From Cyanophora paradoxa CCMP329 (lineage: Eukaryota; Plantae; Glaucophyta): a stretch of 64,000 bases of DNA. The stretch lies in contig QPMI01000400.1 in NCBI GenBank assembly GCA_004431415.1, positions 186,001-250,000 of the forward strand, given 5' to 3'. The first letter of the stretch is position 1, and each line of letters opens with the position of its first letter. The translations under genes were made by a program, and so were the position numbers. Positions 12,925 through 26,800 of this stretch are shown one piece after another. Under the pieces are notes generated by a model. The model was not told the DNA's origin, searched no databases, and was given only the letters and a program-made list of their open reading frames with translations.

Positions 12925-14235
12925 ATGGACGCGTGCGAGGACCGCGCCGGCAAGCGGGCGCGGTTCGCCAGCGCCGTAGGCATCGTCTCACGCATTGAGC
13001 CTCGGCTGGACACGCTCCCCGACGAGCTGCTCCTGAAAATCCTGCGCGCGATCGGGCTGCGGGACGTGCTAGTCGTGCGCTCTTCCCCCGCCTGCGGCCA
13101 GCCCGCGGCCTGGTCTGAAGCCTCCGCAGTGCCGCCCGCACCAGGTCTGTCGGAAACTTAGAGGCTTCCTGCGCGCGACTGTGTGGGACGAGCTCGACCT
13201 CGCGCCCTCCGAAGAGGAGATATGGGCGGCGGAGGCACTGGACGGGCGCGCCGCCTTCAATGCGAACCACATGCGGCGGCTCAAGCGGGCGCTGGCATCG
13301 CTGCACCCGGAGGCCGGCTTCGCGGCGTGGGGCAGCGCCAGGGCGCTGCGCCTCCGCCTGAGCTCTGTCCATCTGGCTTGGGCCTCAAGCAGTTGTATGA
13401 ACGTGGAGCATCCCGAGATGGAAGAGGCGTACACGACGGTGGCCCTTGTGTCGGGCCTCGCGCACGCGTCGCCGGCAATCGGCAGCGTGCGGGTGGAGTT
13501 CCGGGGGCCGACGCGCGAGGAGGCTGCGGATATGGCGGAGCACCCGACCATCTTCCACCTGGGGCATCCGCAGGACGCCGAGTGGCCGCGCATCGCCACG
13601 CTCCTCGCCGCGCTCGGCGCGATGCCGAGCCTCACCCGGGTGCGCCAGCCGCCAGCGCGCCCCGCCGCCTTGGACATCGCCTCGCGTTGCCGGCCGCCGT
13701 TCTGAGCCCCGCGGCGCAGCTGGAGCTGGGGCGGGACGTGGCGGAGCCCGGCGGCTTCTTCGCGTGGTCCGAGCTGATCGCCAACGAGGGCGGCGTGCTG
13801 CCCCTCGCCCTCGCCCCCTTCGCCGCACTGGAGCACCTCAGCCTGCCCTTCCCCCTCGCCGCCGCCCGTCTCCGCGCCCTCTTCGACGCCCTCCCGGCGC
13901 TGCGCTCGCTGGGGGCCGCCGTGCCGCTCGACCACCTCCGGAGGGCGACGCCCCTCCTCGTCGGCAACCCGCGCCTCGAGCGCGTCGAGCTCGCGATCGT
14001 CTACTCGGTGCGCGGGCACGGCTTTGCGTGCATGCGCGCGCCCTCCCAGGCGCCGGCCGGGGCCCTTTCGACAGCAGCGCGCGCCCCTGCCCCGCAGGGC
14101 GCGGTCATCGACGAGGCGGAGGAGAGCGAGCCCATCAGCCCCGCGGAAGCCCTCGAGGCCCTCGCCGGCCCCTCCCGTGCCGCCCGCGTGCGCGCCCCCG
14201 CCTCGGAGTCTCCGGCACGCTCACGCTTCAACTGA
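12925..14235 (+). CDS. F-box-like plus LRR protein, possibly 3'-truncated
   Basis: ATG at 12925; F-box-like RLDTLPDELLLKILRAIGLRDV; LRR-like FAALEHLSLPF, LPALRSLGA, NPRLERVEL. The 3' end runs into the convergent SHPRH gene. Confidence 0.6.
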
Positions 14236-17200
14236 GGCTCCCCGCAGGTTATCCGCAACGGCCTGGCGCGCCGCGGCGACGCTCTTCTTCTCCTTCCGCA
14301 GGCCCATCCAGAAGGACTCGATCTCCTCCATCTCCCCCTTGTACTCGTTCGACAGGTCCTGCGCGCCGGGCCCCGCCCTCGGGTCGGCAGGCGCGCCGGC
14401 GGGGGCGGGGGCGCGGGGGCGGACCTCGCGGATGATGCGGGCGCGCTCGCGAATGGCGTCGGCGGCCTGCATCGCCTCCTTGCGCTCGTGGACCTGCGGG
14501 GGAGGATCGGAGGGGCGCGGGACGAAGACGAAGCGGCGGGGGCGGGGCGGGCCTCGAGGAGGCCGCGGAGGGCCCCGAAGGCGCACGCGAGCCACGCGCT
14601 CGTCGTCGCTGCGCCCCGCGAGCTCGGGTGCGGCTGGGGTGACCTGGGGGCGGGCGGGGGCGCACTGTCGAGCCGGACGGGCTCGTTCCCGCACGCCTCC
14701 TCCACGATCGCGCTCCGCTCCCGCAGCTCCTGCGCCTCCGCCTGCCCCGCCCCACCGCCGGTTGGATCTCGGGCCACGCCGCCGACGGGGAGGAAACGGG
14801 GAGAAGCAGCGCACGGCGTGCCCCTCGGGGGCGCCGGGGCGGGTGAGGAGGCGGGCGAGGTTGCGGGTGATGGCCCCGCAGACGAGGAGCCAGGGGGCGG
14901 CCTGGGCGGGGATGCGGAGGGCCGAGCGCGCGAACTGCGCCCCCTTGCTCTTCCGCTCCGGGTTGAGCTCGAACACGCGCTCCTGCGGGGGGGATGAGGG
15001 GCACACGGGGGGCGAGCAGGGAGGGGCCGCGCCTGGGTGCGCTCGGCCTCCTGCTGGAGCTCCTGCGCGCGCTCCGCGAGCCCGTCCCGCACGCACGCGG
15101 CCGCCCAGCCCCGCAGCGTCATCAGCCGCGAGATGAGCAGCTGCGGGGCGTCAGCGGCCGGGCTCGAGGCGGCGGCGAGGGGGGCCCGGGCCGGGGGCGG
15201 GCCTCCTCGAGGGCGTAGCGGTCGCCCGTGACGATGAAGCCCTGCTCCTCGATCCGGTGCGCCAGGTGCACGTATTTCTGCCGCGCGGTGAGCCCCGCAG
15301 CGCGCCGCCGCCCGGGCGGGGGGCGGCGTGCGCGCACCTGGGCGGCGAGGTAGTCCTTCGTCTCCCGCGCCGCCTTGTCGACCATCTCCGCCCCCTTGCG
15401 CTCCTCCAGCACTGCCCCGCCATCAACGCGCTGGTGGCGGCGCGGGGCGGGGCGCGGCAGGGCGGGGCGGGGCCGGTGCGGCGGACCGCGCCGCTCGATG
15501 CGGTCGCACTCGGCGTAGAGGCCCGAGACGACGGCGCCGTGCTTGCCCAGGGCCTGCCGCCCGCTCAGGGGGCGGGGCGGGGCGGGCGGCGCGGGGTGGG
15601 GGTGCCTGCTGGAGGACGGCGATGGTCTTGACGGTGTTCGAGCGCGCGATCGCCGCCTTGATCTCCTCCGCCGTCAGCCGCTCCTCCTCCCGCCCCCGCC
15701 CCCGCTCCTCCTCCGCCCCCCGCTCCGCCTCCTGGGGCGCCCCCGTGAGGCCACGCGCGGCGGCCGGGGGAGAGGCGAGGCGCACGAGGGCGGCGGCCAT
15801 GGAGGCGGCGGAGGCGGAGACGCAGCGGGCGGCGGCGCGGAGGGCGCGCTGGTAGAAGTCGAGGGCGAGCTCGTAGCGGGCGCTCATCTCGTAGAGGACG
15901 GCGAGGGCCGCCGTGCGGCTCGCCCCCTCGAGGGTCTCGTCAGCGGCGGGGCCCATCGAGTCGAGCTTGGAGGCGAGGTGCGCGACGCGGCGCGCGGTGG
16001 CCTCCTCGGCCACGCGCAGCGCCTCGGCGAGCTCCTCCTCGGCCTCCCGCCAGGCCTCCGCCACGCCCACCTCCTCGGCCCGCTCCACGAGCACGCACGC
16101 CAGCGAGACGTGCGCCCGCACGAGGTCCCGCCCCGCGTTGTCCCGCTCCAGCTGCCCCCGCTTCGTCATCTGCCGCGCCGGCGTCAGCGGGGCAGGCCTC
16201 GCGCAGGGCTCCCCCGAGCGCGCCTGCTTCATGATGCCGTCGATGGTGAGCGGCTGGCCGCCCGTCCCCAGCAGCTCCCCCTCCTTCGACGCTTGCGGGT
16301 GCACGCAGAGCTGCCGCAAGTGCATCAGCTTCTTGGCGACCTGCATCGCGAGATCAGAGACGGCGTGCAGATGCCAATGGTTGAGCAGGGCTGAGCCGGC
16401 GCCCGCCTTGTTGCTTGTTGGCGCCGCTGCCACGTTGCTGAGGACGAGCTCCTGTGTCTCCGTGAGGGCCCGCTGTCGGGGGGTCTCAATGCATGGCGGG
16501 AAAGCTCTTTGCGAGGTTGCAAAAGCCTACGAGCCTTGTATATCTGCGCGGCCCGCCCGGCGGTCGACGTGAGATCTAGATCGAGTGGGAGGCGAGGGGG
16601 GAGAGTAAGGGCGGGGCACCTTGAACTCGATGCTGGAGAACTTGAGGACCCTCGCCTCGCGGACGCAGGCCGGCAGGCTGATCTCGTCCTCCACGTGGAA
16701 CTTCATGTGCCTCCACATGACCTGCGGGGGCGATCGGACGCGCGGCCAGCGAGGAGCGCCCTCGAAGCCTCCTCACCGTTCGGAGGAACGCAACCAGGCG
16801 GCCCACGCCCGCCGGGGTCCGCTCCTCGTACCCGTCCACCATGTGCTGCGAGGGGCTCGACATCAACAACGTTAACGGCGCGGGCTGGCGGGGACGAGGG
16901 CGGGGCGATGGGAAGCAGGCGATACCTTCCACCACACGTAGTTCTGGAAGCTGTGGCGCAGGGATCAGAGCAGCGCGGATCACGCGCGCGTGTTGCCAAG
17001 TCTGAGCGCACGGGTCGGAGCGGATGAGGCGGAGGAGGCCGCCGAGGTCGCGCAGGGAGCCCGAGACGGGGGTGCCCGTCGCCCCCCACCGGAAGACGGC
17101 CGTGAGGCTGTCCGCCATCTGCGCGGCGGCGTTGAAGTTGCCGACCTGCTGCGCCTCTGCCGGAAGAGCGCGCGGTTAGAAACCGTCAGGCACGGCTCTC

Positions 17201-20200
17201 GAGAAGGATCCGGCCGTCGGGCAGACCGTCGAGGACGATGCGCCACCAATGCACTTCCACGAGGGGAGTGAGGCGCTTCGCGCCGCCCAGCCCGTATCTG
17301 CACGAATGATGCTCAAAGATGAGTACTAGTGGCCATGCACACGTTCATGCTATAGCTAAGTTCAGCAGAACGGGTCCGCACCGTGTCTTCCTGTCAGTTG
17401 TCCCAGCAGGCGTGTAAAAGATGTCTGCGTGCAACGCATCAGAAGAGCGCACCGAGACGGAGGGTCGACTGCGCGGGCGCCTCACCCTTGCGGAGCGTTG
17501 CGTACGTGGTCAGCACAATGTCGAAGCGGGCGACGTGAGCGGCATCCGTCAAAGACCCGCCCTCCTGCTCCTCCTCCTCTTCGTGAGAAGCGCGCCGCCG
17601 CCGCTGCCCGCGCCCTCGCCTCTCCTCCCGCACGGTCGCCGTCGCCATGCCGTTCCACACGAGGACCTTCAGGTGCGGCGCGTGCCGTCTGCACGCCAGT
17701 CAGCGAGATACGCGAGGGACACGGGGGGGCGCACTGAAGCTCGTGCTCCCACTGCGTCTGGATGTGCCCCGGGACAACGATAAGCGTCCCGCCGTGCGTC
17801 TTACGCGGTCGCGGGTTCGCCAAAATGAGGGAGATCATCTCCACTGTCTTGCCTGAGAACATGTGAGAAGAAGGCTGCGCTTCATGACGAGATATACCGC
17901 ACCGAGACCCATCTCGTCGCTGGAGGGCGAAATCAAGTCAACGGGTGTGGGCGGGGAATGGACGCGATGGGCCGGAACGGCATGCGCGCACCAGAGAAGA
18001 CCGCCACGCGGAGGTGGAGGCGGAGGGGGCATGCAGCGTGCGAGTCGGCCCGTCCATATGTTGCGGAAGAGGGCCGGAGGAGAGGCGGGGGCTGAAGAGC
18101 TCGAGCCTGCTCCATCCGACGCCGATGGTGTCGGCAGGGGTAGCTCTTCAAAGAGTGGGTGCGGCGCCGGCGCTCTGGCCCGGCGGGCATCCTCCTCTGA
18201 AGCAGCCCGCTCCTGCGCGAGCATCCAGGCCAGGGCCCTCCGCTGGAATGGGTAGAGCTGCGGGCGTAGGCCCTTCGGCTGCTCTGCTTCCGGCGCATCC
18301 CGTGCGGGCCTGCCAATATCGCTGATGGTGAGCAACGGGCAGAGGCACTGGTCAACTGCATGGCCCGCACCGAATGGCTTCGTAGAGCGCGTAGAGGTCG
18401 AAATTGGCGAGCGGGTGATGTGCATGGTGCGCGTGTCCGGCCGTCGCTCCAACTGGCCCCACGTGTGCGTGCCCCCGCGCCCGTTGCGACGCCAGCTGCA
18501 TTCCGCATCAGCGGCAGGTGCACGTGTTCGAAACAGATATCAGGGCGCATGCGTACGGCAGCAAGGAGAATTCGGAGAAGCGGGTAGTCAGCCTCGTCGC
18601 GCTCGGGGCTCCCGACGCCGAACGCCGCCGGCGTGAGCCAGACCTCGCACTGCACGGCCGCCACGCCGGGGTCCTCGGCGGCGGCCTCGCCGTTGGGCAG
18701 CTGCATCGCCTCCCCCAGAACAAGGCGGAGGACGAGCTGAGACTGCCGCGCGAGGCGGTGCAGGGCACCCCACACTGCCGCGTCCGGCCCCGCCTCTTCC
18801 CCGCCGTCGGCCTCTGGCGCTGGGGCGGATGACCGCCGCTGCCTGCTGCTGCGCGGCACCCGCTTCGCTGGCCGTCCAAGCCGGACGAGAGCCAGGGGCT
18901 CGGGATGGGCGCCGGATATCGATGCGGAGGGCGCGGCGGGAAGGAGGTGGAGGCGAGCGTGGCCACCCTCGGCGAGGCGGAGCGCGGCGCCGGCGTGCGC
19001 GACGGCGGCCTCCACAGACGGGACGTCCGCCTGGAGGGCGAGCTTCCCGACGAAGACGCCGTTCTCCGGCTCCCGCCCAGGCTCTGCCTCCGCCTCCCGC
19101 CCAGCCCCCGGCTTTGCCTCCCTCGCGGCTGACCCGCCGGCCGTCCGGCGGCGCTTCTTGGGGCGGCGGGAGGAGCGCTCCCGCTGGGCACTCGGGGCGG
19201 CCTCCGCGGTGGCCATGGCGCCCCCCTCCTCTGCGGCACTCCCCTCCGAGACGCTCGCGCCGCTGCTGCCGCCTTCGTAGTCACTGCCGCTGCTCTCCGA
19301 TCCCTGGTCGGCTGGGCCGGCTGTCTCCTGCCGCCGGACTGCTCGAGTACGCCTTGCCGGCTGCTGCGTGTAGCAGTTGCACAGCTGGCTGGCGCGCACG
19401 CTGAAAGTCGTCCCCAGCGTTTCAACCGCCTCTGAGCTCAAGGTCAGCAGCAGAATCCTAGAGGCCGACCGGCTTGGGCCGAAAATACGACGCGCACCGC
19501 AGAATGCCTTGAAGGGGTCGGTGGCGGGGTCAGACTTCCGAGCCGCCGCCCGTTCGCCACCCGCCTGCACGGCGGCAGCGAATGCAAGGCGCGCCTCGTA
19601 CAACAGGTGCTGCGCCAGGAGCAGAACGAGCTCATCAGAAGTGGCGCAAAGGCGGGCTGCGGCCGGGGGCACGTGCCTCGCGGCTCCGGTAGTGATTGGC
19701 ATCGATGCGGGCCGCCACAGCCTCCACCGAGAGCTCCTCCTCCTCCTCGCAATCGGATGCAAGCGGGTCGGCGGCCGCTGCTCTCCTCTGCTCCTTCGAG
19801 AGACGCGCCGATGCGATGAAGACCTGGCCAGGAGGAACTCTGATTAGCTATAGGCAAGGAGCGCTAGCACAAGTTGTAAAATGATCGACGCGGACCGAAT
19901 TTTGCAGATAGTTTCGATCTCGCATCTCCAGCAGCGTGCCTGGGCAGCCACAGCAGAGCAGGGGAGTTCCGCTCGCAGGCGATCGCTCGCTGCTTCTCAC
20001 GATCTCCCAAGGGCTCACGACCTCCTCCTCCCCTCCTGCCCTGTACGTATTTACGGGCAGCGATCAGCGCCACAGCTCTAGAGATGCAGATCCAGATCTA
20101 CAGCGCACCACTGCACCACGACCGAGTTGAAGGCGCCGGCCGCGGCGTCCTCCAGGCGACGGACGATAGTGCCGATGCGTCTGTCTGCACCCAGTACGCA

Positions 20201-20614
20201 CCTCACAGCGTCACCGGCCACCAGCGGAGCTTGCTTGCCCAGAAAACGAGCGCGCGGGACAAGGAATCGAGGGACGGCGGCCGGCGACGTCGACCCGCTG
20301 GGCCAGAGCACGTCGAACGACTCCCGCGCATCTGCAGCAGAACGATTCGACTCGACGCATACGAGTTGCAGCTGCAGGCGAACGAGGCGAGTGGGGCACT
20401 GCGCCCTCAAGGGCTGCTGCTGCTGCGCCAGCTGCTGGGTGTCATGTGCAATGCTCTCTGGCGCGTACTCTGCAGCCACGACGCGGCAGATGGCGCCGTC
20501 GGGCGGCGTGCGTGCGCCAGCTGCAGCAGAGGCGGCGAGGCCGAGCTCGGAGAGGAAGGATTTGTACGCCGATTCCACGAAGACGCTCACGTCCCCGACG
20601 GCGAGCCGCTCCAT
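14221..20614 (-). CDS. SHPRH: SHPRH-like (RAD5/SHPRH subfamily) SNF2 helicase with N-terminal PHIP/BRWD-like Tudor and bromodomain-like region; no RING/HELICc seen
   Basis: Motifs LRPQLYPFQRRALAWML, GGLL..DEMGLGKTVEMISLIL, TLIVVPGHIQTQWEHEL, DIVLTTYATLRK, PLVEVHWWRIVLDEAQQV, RWGATGTPV, MWRHMKFHVEDEISLP and LMHLRQLCVHPQ match SHPRH-type SNF2_N. ATG at 20614 (MERLAVGDV). Confidence 0.85.
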
Positions 20615-20828
20615 CACGCTCGCTCGAGGGCGCGGAAGGGCGCGTTCGTGCGCGCTGTACCGGCGGACGCGCACTTATAGACCAAGCTCGTGCGTCTTCC
20701 TACGATTCCGTCCAGCTCGGCTGTTCGCCGGCGTTGGCCGGATGGCCGGCGTTGGCCGCGACTGCCCGGGTACACCGAATAAGGCTGGTGTGTGGCGGGC
20801 CATTGGAGGGGAGCCGCAGCGGAGAGCA
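20615..20828. promoter_or_regulatory. Short bidirectional promoter region (SHPRH-like / IPT-TIG genes)
   Basis: Divergent ATGs at 20614 (-) and 20829 (+). The region contains a direct repeat gccggcgttggccg x2 at about 20727-20758. Confidence 0.45.
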
Positions 20829-23800
20829 ATGAAGAAGAACAGAGCAGCCGTAGCGCTGCTCTGCTTGCTGGCGCTGGCCGTTACAGGTCGGCGGCGCCGT
20901 CCTTCCAAGGCCAACGCGTGCTGACGCCCGCACGCGGCCTCAGATGCCATGTCGATCAGCAGCTTGACTCCCGCAAACGGGCCCTCCCGCGGCGGCACTC
21001 AAGGTCCGCGGCTTAGCCAGCAACGCTCCAAACCGACCCGCCGAACTGACCTCGCCTTGCAGTGACCCTTTTTGCCGACAACGATGGCTTCGGTGCGGTT
21101 TCGCCAACGAAGCGAACAGGCCCAAGCGGGCCCGCTGGGCCGCGATTTGAACGCTCTAGAGGCGCCGACCGCATCGCCCCTGAGCGCCGCTGATCGAGAC
21201 TTGTCACTCCAGGTTCTATCTCCTCTGCGAAGTGCAAGTTCGGGTCCCGCGAGAGTGCGCCAGTTCGTTTGCCGTCCTCGCAGCGCTTGCACTCTGCTGA
21301 CCGTATGCAGTCGACGCGGGCGCGACGAACCGCGACAGGATTGTTTGCATGGCCCCTCCGGCCGATGCGGGTGCCACCGTGGTCGTGGAGGTACGTCAGG
21401 GTCGCTGCATCGCGTTCGCCCGCCCACCGACTGACTTGCTGCGCTCCAGCTGTCCGTCAATGGCGGCCCATACACCTCTAGCGGGCGCCAGTTCACGTAT
21501 TTCGGTGCCTGTCCCCTGCAGGACGCCCCCAGCCTCTTAGCTAACGCTTTCCCGCAGCGGAGCCCGTCATTCAGAGCATCTCTCCGTCTTCGGGCCCCAC
21601 CATTGGCGGCACGAGTGCGTCTACAAGCTTGTTTTTGTTTTTCAGATCTTTCGCTCTTCTCCTTACATCGGCCGCTCGTAGTCATTACTCTGAACGGAAA
21701 CGGTTTCCGTGACATCGGTGCTGAGATGAAGATCGGCCTTGGCGCGAAGGTTGTTCCGGCGCGCTACGTGTCCCCTAATCAGATCACTTTCGTCACTCCA
21801 TCGGCGTCTCTTCCGGCCGTCGGTGCGGATTTGTGGCCACTCCTCCGACCCACGCCGCGCCTAACGACGCCCCCGGGCAGACCTCCCCGTCGAGATCTCA
21901 ATGAACAACGGAGCGGACTTCTCAGTGCAGCAGAGCGTCAAGTTTACGTATTACCGTTCGTCCCCTCGTCCCCCGTCTCACCGCGAAGCGTGATGTGATG
22001 AGCCGCGCAGTGCAACCCATCCTGGATCGTTGCAACCCGGCGGGTGGCCCTGTGTCCGGCGGCACTCTTGTCACGGTGCGGGCACCCCTCCGGGCACGCG
22101 TTGGATCGCTGAAAGGCGCTGCAGATCTACGGCACCCAGTTCCAGCGCCCCGTCGGCTCCCTCCAGTACTCGTGCGAGTTCGGCCGCAACGTCGTCCCCG
22201 GTGCGCGCGCGCCCCGCGCGGCCTCGCCCCGCGGGGGCCGACTCCCCCGCAGGCACCTTCGTCTCGGAGAACGCCATCACCTGCGTGACGCCCGCCTCGG
22301 AGATCAAGGGCCCGGCGCCCATCTCCATCGTGCGCACGCGCGCCTTCCCCTTCCTTTTCTTTTTTCACCGCCCCTCAGTCGCTCAACAACCGCGACTACG
22401 GCAATGAGATCCCGTTCACGTACTTCGGTCCGCCGTCTTTTGTGGGGCATGTCCGTCGGCGGTTGTTGAATCCGCGCCGCAGACCAGCCCACTATTTTCT
22501 CGGTCATCCCCCGTGGCGGCCCTGTATCTGGTGGGGATACCGTCACCCTGAAGGGTATGTCCCCAACTGTCCCCCCCTCCCCCCCTCCCCCCTCCCCCTC
22601 CCCCTCCCCCTCCCTCTCTCTGCTCCTCCCTCTCCCCCGCCCTCCCTCTACTGCGCCCGCAGGCTCCCGCCATCCCTCCCCCGTCACCTCGTCCCTTCCC
22701 CGCTTCCTTTCCCCGCCGCCGCTCCCGAACAACACTTCCCCTGCTTCCGCATCGCGCACTCACTCTTCTGCAGGTGTTGGCTTCGGCGATTACGCGGGCC
22801 TCGCGTGCAAGTTCGGGACCCAGGTCCACCTCAGCCACACAGCCCGCCAGCCTGGAGCGAAGCCGTGACACGCGGGCTTTTCGCGCGCAGACCGCTCCGG
22901 TGAAGTTCGTGGACTCGCAGACGATCATGTGCACGACACCGCCCGCTGTCGACCAGACTCGGTCGACCCTCGTCCCCGTTCTCCTCGTGCGCCTCTCCAG
23001 CCCTACGGCGTGCCGGACTTATCTGACGCCCGGCAGTCTCTCAACGGGCAAGACTGGTCGGGCGACGGGCAGCAGTCCTCCGACATTGAGGCCGCCTACC
23101 GTCCGCGGCGATCGCCCCCCTCGGAGCGCGCCGGTCGCTCATGCGGGGCGCCGCAGGCTACTACCCGGCGCCGAGCGTGACGGGCCTGAACCCGGGGTGC
23201 GGCCCGGTGACCGGCAACACGGTGGTCCAGGTCCTCGGCACGGGCTTCGTGAACACCAACGAGGACCTTCGCGTCCGCTTCGGCACCCAGGTGCACCCCC
23301 CGGCCCCGATCTCGCCCGCATCGGGCCCACCGCCGCCGCGATCAGGACGGGCCCGCCACCTTCGTCTCCGACAAGGCCCTCCTCGCCGCCGCCCCGGCCG
23401 CCGAGAACCTCGCCCCCGGCGTGTCGCCCGTGTCCGTCTCGATGAACTTCTTTGACTACCGCATGGCCGGTGCGCCCCCCTCGGTGCCCGCCTCCCGGCC
23501 AGCTTGACCGGCCGCCGCAGGCCCGGCCCTCGAGTACCACTACTACGCGGACCCGATTGTCTCGTCCATCGAGCCGCTGAACGGCCCCGTCGAAGGCGGC
23601 ACCGTCGTGACGGTCTTCGGGCAGGGCATCGACCAGCAGGGCTGCGCCCTCGCCTGCAAGTTCGGCACGATGAAGGCCGTCGCTGCGCCCCTCCGCCCCG
23701 GCGCCATCACCTGCGTTGCTCCCAAGGTCCCCCTGGCCCAGAGCGTGCGCGCCTCCCCGCCCGGACCCGCGAGGGTGCCCGCCTGACGCTGAGCCGCGCG

Positions 23801-26800
23801 GGACAGGTGCCCGTCGAGATCAGCTTGAACGACCAGGACTTCACCAACAACAAGTTCAAGTGCGCCCTCCCCCCGCGCCCGCCTCCCCTGCGCGATGCCG
23901 GACGCTCACGCCTGGCCCCTCAGGTTTGTGTACTACGGTAAAGCGTCTCATTTCAAGGTTAACTTGAGTCGCTTTCAGCACTTACGATTCGCGGTGCAGA
24001 GAACCCGAAGCTGGCGAACGTCGTGCCCCGCGGCGGCCCCGAGTCCGGCAACACGCGCGTCACCGTCCGCGGCTCCGGCTTCTTCCCGACCGAGCAGCTG
24101 GCGTGCCGCTTCGGCACCGCCACCACGCAGTTCATCGACGTCCCGGCGACCTACGTCTCCCCCGTCGAGGCGAGCGCGCTGCGGGGGAGGGACCCTGCCC
24201 CGCCCTCGCTCACCGCGCGCAGGTCCGCTGCAACGCCCCCGAGTTCTCGGTCTCGGGCTCCGCCGTCGTGGAGCTCCGCGTCTCGATGAACGGCCGCGAC
24301 TGGACCCCCGAGGTACCAGCCGGGGCCCCCGCGTGCCGCACGCTTCCGGCCGGCCCCTCACGCGCGCCGGGCGCGCAGTCCCTCTCGTACATGTACTACG
24401 ACAACCCGTCCGTGGGGGCGCTCGTGCCCAACAACGGCCCTCTGGCCGGCGGCTCCTCCGTCACTGTCACGGGCTCGAACTTCATGAACACGGGCGAGTT
24501 CCTCAAGTGCCGCTTCGGCGATGACACCGGTGCACCGCACGCATGCTTTATGCCCCCGCGCTCGCTCATCTAACCCTCCCTCCGACAGTCTCCGCCAAGT
24601 TCATCAACAGGTGAACCGAGTCCCGCCTTTCTTCTCTTTGCGATGCCCGAGCGCGCCGCGCAGCACGGCGCTGGTGTGCCTGAGCCCCGGGGCGCCGGTG
24701 CGGGGCCTCGCGCCGGTGGAGGTGTCGCTGAACGACGCGGACTACACGGCGGACAAGGTCCCCTTCAACTACGCCTCGCTGCAGATCACGACGGTCCTCC
24801 CCGCGAGCGGCCCCATCGCCGGCGGCACCCTCGTCACCGTCAAGGGCTTCGGCTTCCAGGACACCGGCCCCAACCGCCTCATGTGCCGCTTCGCCAACAA
24901 CGGCCTCTCCAACGCCCGCTACGTCGACCGCGAGACGCTCCTCTGCGTCACCCCCGTCCGCCCCGCCCCGCTCTCGAGCGCCCTCCGCGCTGCCCCTGAC
25001 CGCCGCGGCAGCCGTACGAGCGCGGCGTCGAGGAGTACGTGCCCGTCTCGGCCACCCTCGACGGCCAGGACTGGACCCGCAACAACGTCCAGTTCAAGTA
25101 CTGTGCGCTCTCCCCGCCTCTCTTCTGCCCGCGAGCCCTCGCTCACCCGCGCTCGCCGGCCGGCAGACAAGCAGCCGACCGTGCTGGGCTACTCCCCCGC
25201 CTACGGCCCCGTGGATGGCGGCACCATGTGCGCGTTCTGCGTGCTGCCGGCGCCCGTCCTCGCCCCGCTCACGCGCCGCGCCGGGCGGCAGCGTGACGGT
25301 GAAGGGGTCGGACTTCGAGGCGGTGCCGGGGCTGAGCTGCCGCTTCGGGGAGCAGATCGCGGCGGCGACGTACATCTCGGACACGGTCGTGCACTGCGTC
25401 TCGCCCCGGGACGCGAGCCAGGCCGGCTACTCGGACGAACCCCGCGCCGTCCCCTTCGGCGTCGCCCTCAACCAGGCCGACTTCGCCAGCGGCCCCGGCG
25501 CCTTCACCTACTACCGTCCGCCCCCTCCTCCGCCGCCCCGCCCGCTGCCGCGCCCCTGAGGCGAGGGCGCGCAGGCAACGTGGTGCCGTCGTCGATCAGC
25601 CCGGAGTGCGGGGACGTGCGGGGCGGGACGCGGGTGACGGTGATGTCGACGAACCTGCAGGACTTCGGCTCGGGCTCGCTCACCTGCTCCTTCGGCTCCG
25701 TCGTCGTCCCCGTCGCCGAGCGCCTCTCGGGCGCCGTCGTCTGCCTCTCCCCGCCCCAGGACAAGGCCGGCGAGATCAGCCTCGTCAAGGTCGCCCTCAA
25801 CGGCCGGTGCCCGCCCCCGCCTCCCCTCGGGCCGCCGCCGCCGCCGAGCGGGCCCCCGCTGCAGGGACTTCGTCGAGGGCCCGGGCCTCGCCTTCCACTA
25901 CTACGCCGTCCCTCGGTGCCCGCCCCGCCCCCCGCCCCCAGCGCCCCGCGGCGGCTCTGACGCCCCTCCCCCAGCCTCCACTACCTCCACCCCAACGCTG
26001 GCCCCTCGGGCGCCGGCACGAAGGTGCGCGCGCCGCCCACGAGTGCGAGAGGAAGGCGACTGATTCAAGGGGGCAGGTCATGGTGGCTGGCGAGTTCTTC
26101 CCGGCGCCCCTCGGCAACTCCTCCCGCTGCTTCCCCACCTGTGCGCTCCCCGAGGAGCGCTCTGGCCCCCCCGGACCGGCTCTGACCGCCCGGGGCAGGC
26201 ACGTTCGGGGACGCGGCGCCGTCGCTGGCGTCCTACGAGGCGTCGACGCGGCTCTGGTGCAACGCGCCGGTGGTGGGGACGCCGTCGGCGGGGGCGGTCT
26301 TCGTGCGGGTCTCGTTCAACGGGCAGGACGCGGCGGAGGGGGCGACGGACGCCGTCGAGCAGTTCACCTTCTACGGGAACCCCGCGCTGACGAGCCTGAC
26401 GCCGCCCTCGGGCTCGATCCGCGGCGGCACCAAGGTCACCGTCGAGGGCCAGGGCTTCCCCCAGAGCCCCGCCAGCGTCACCTGCCGCTTCGGCGAGACC
26501 GTCGTCCCCGGCCGCTCCCTCACCCCGACCTCCGTCCTCTGCGTCTCCCCGACGGCCGCCGTGGGCGCCTACCCCCTCGAGGTCTCCTTCAACGAGCACG
26601 ACTTCTCCAGCAGCGGCCTCCGCTTCGAGTACTACGGTCCGCGCGCGCCCCGGCCCGGCGATCCCTGGCCCCACTGCCGCTGACGAGGCGTCCCGGGCAG
26701 ACATCACGCGCGCGATCCCGACGTCGGGCCCGCTCACGGGCGGGACGACGGTCTCGTTCCAGGGGAAGGGCTTCTCGGCGGGCCCCAACCTGAAGTGCCG

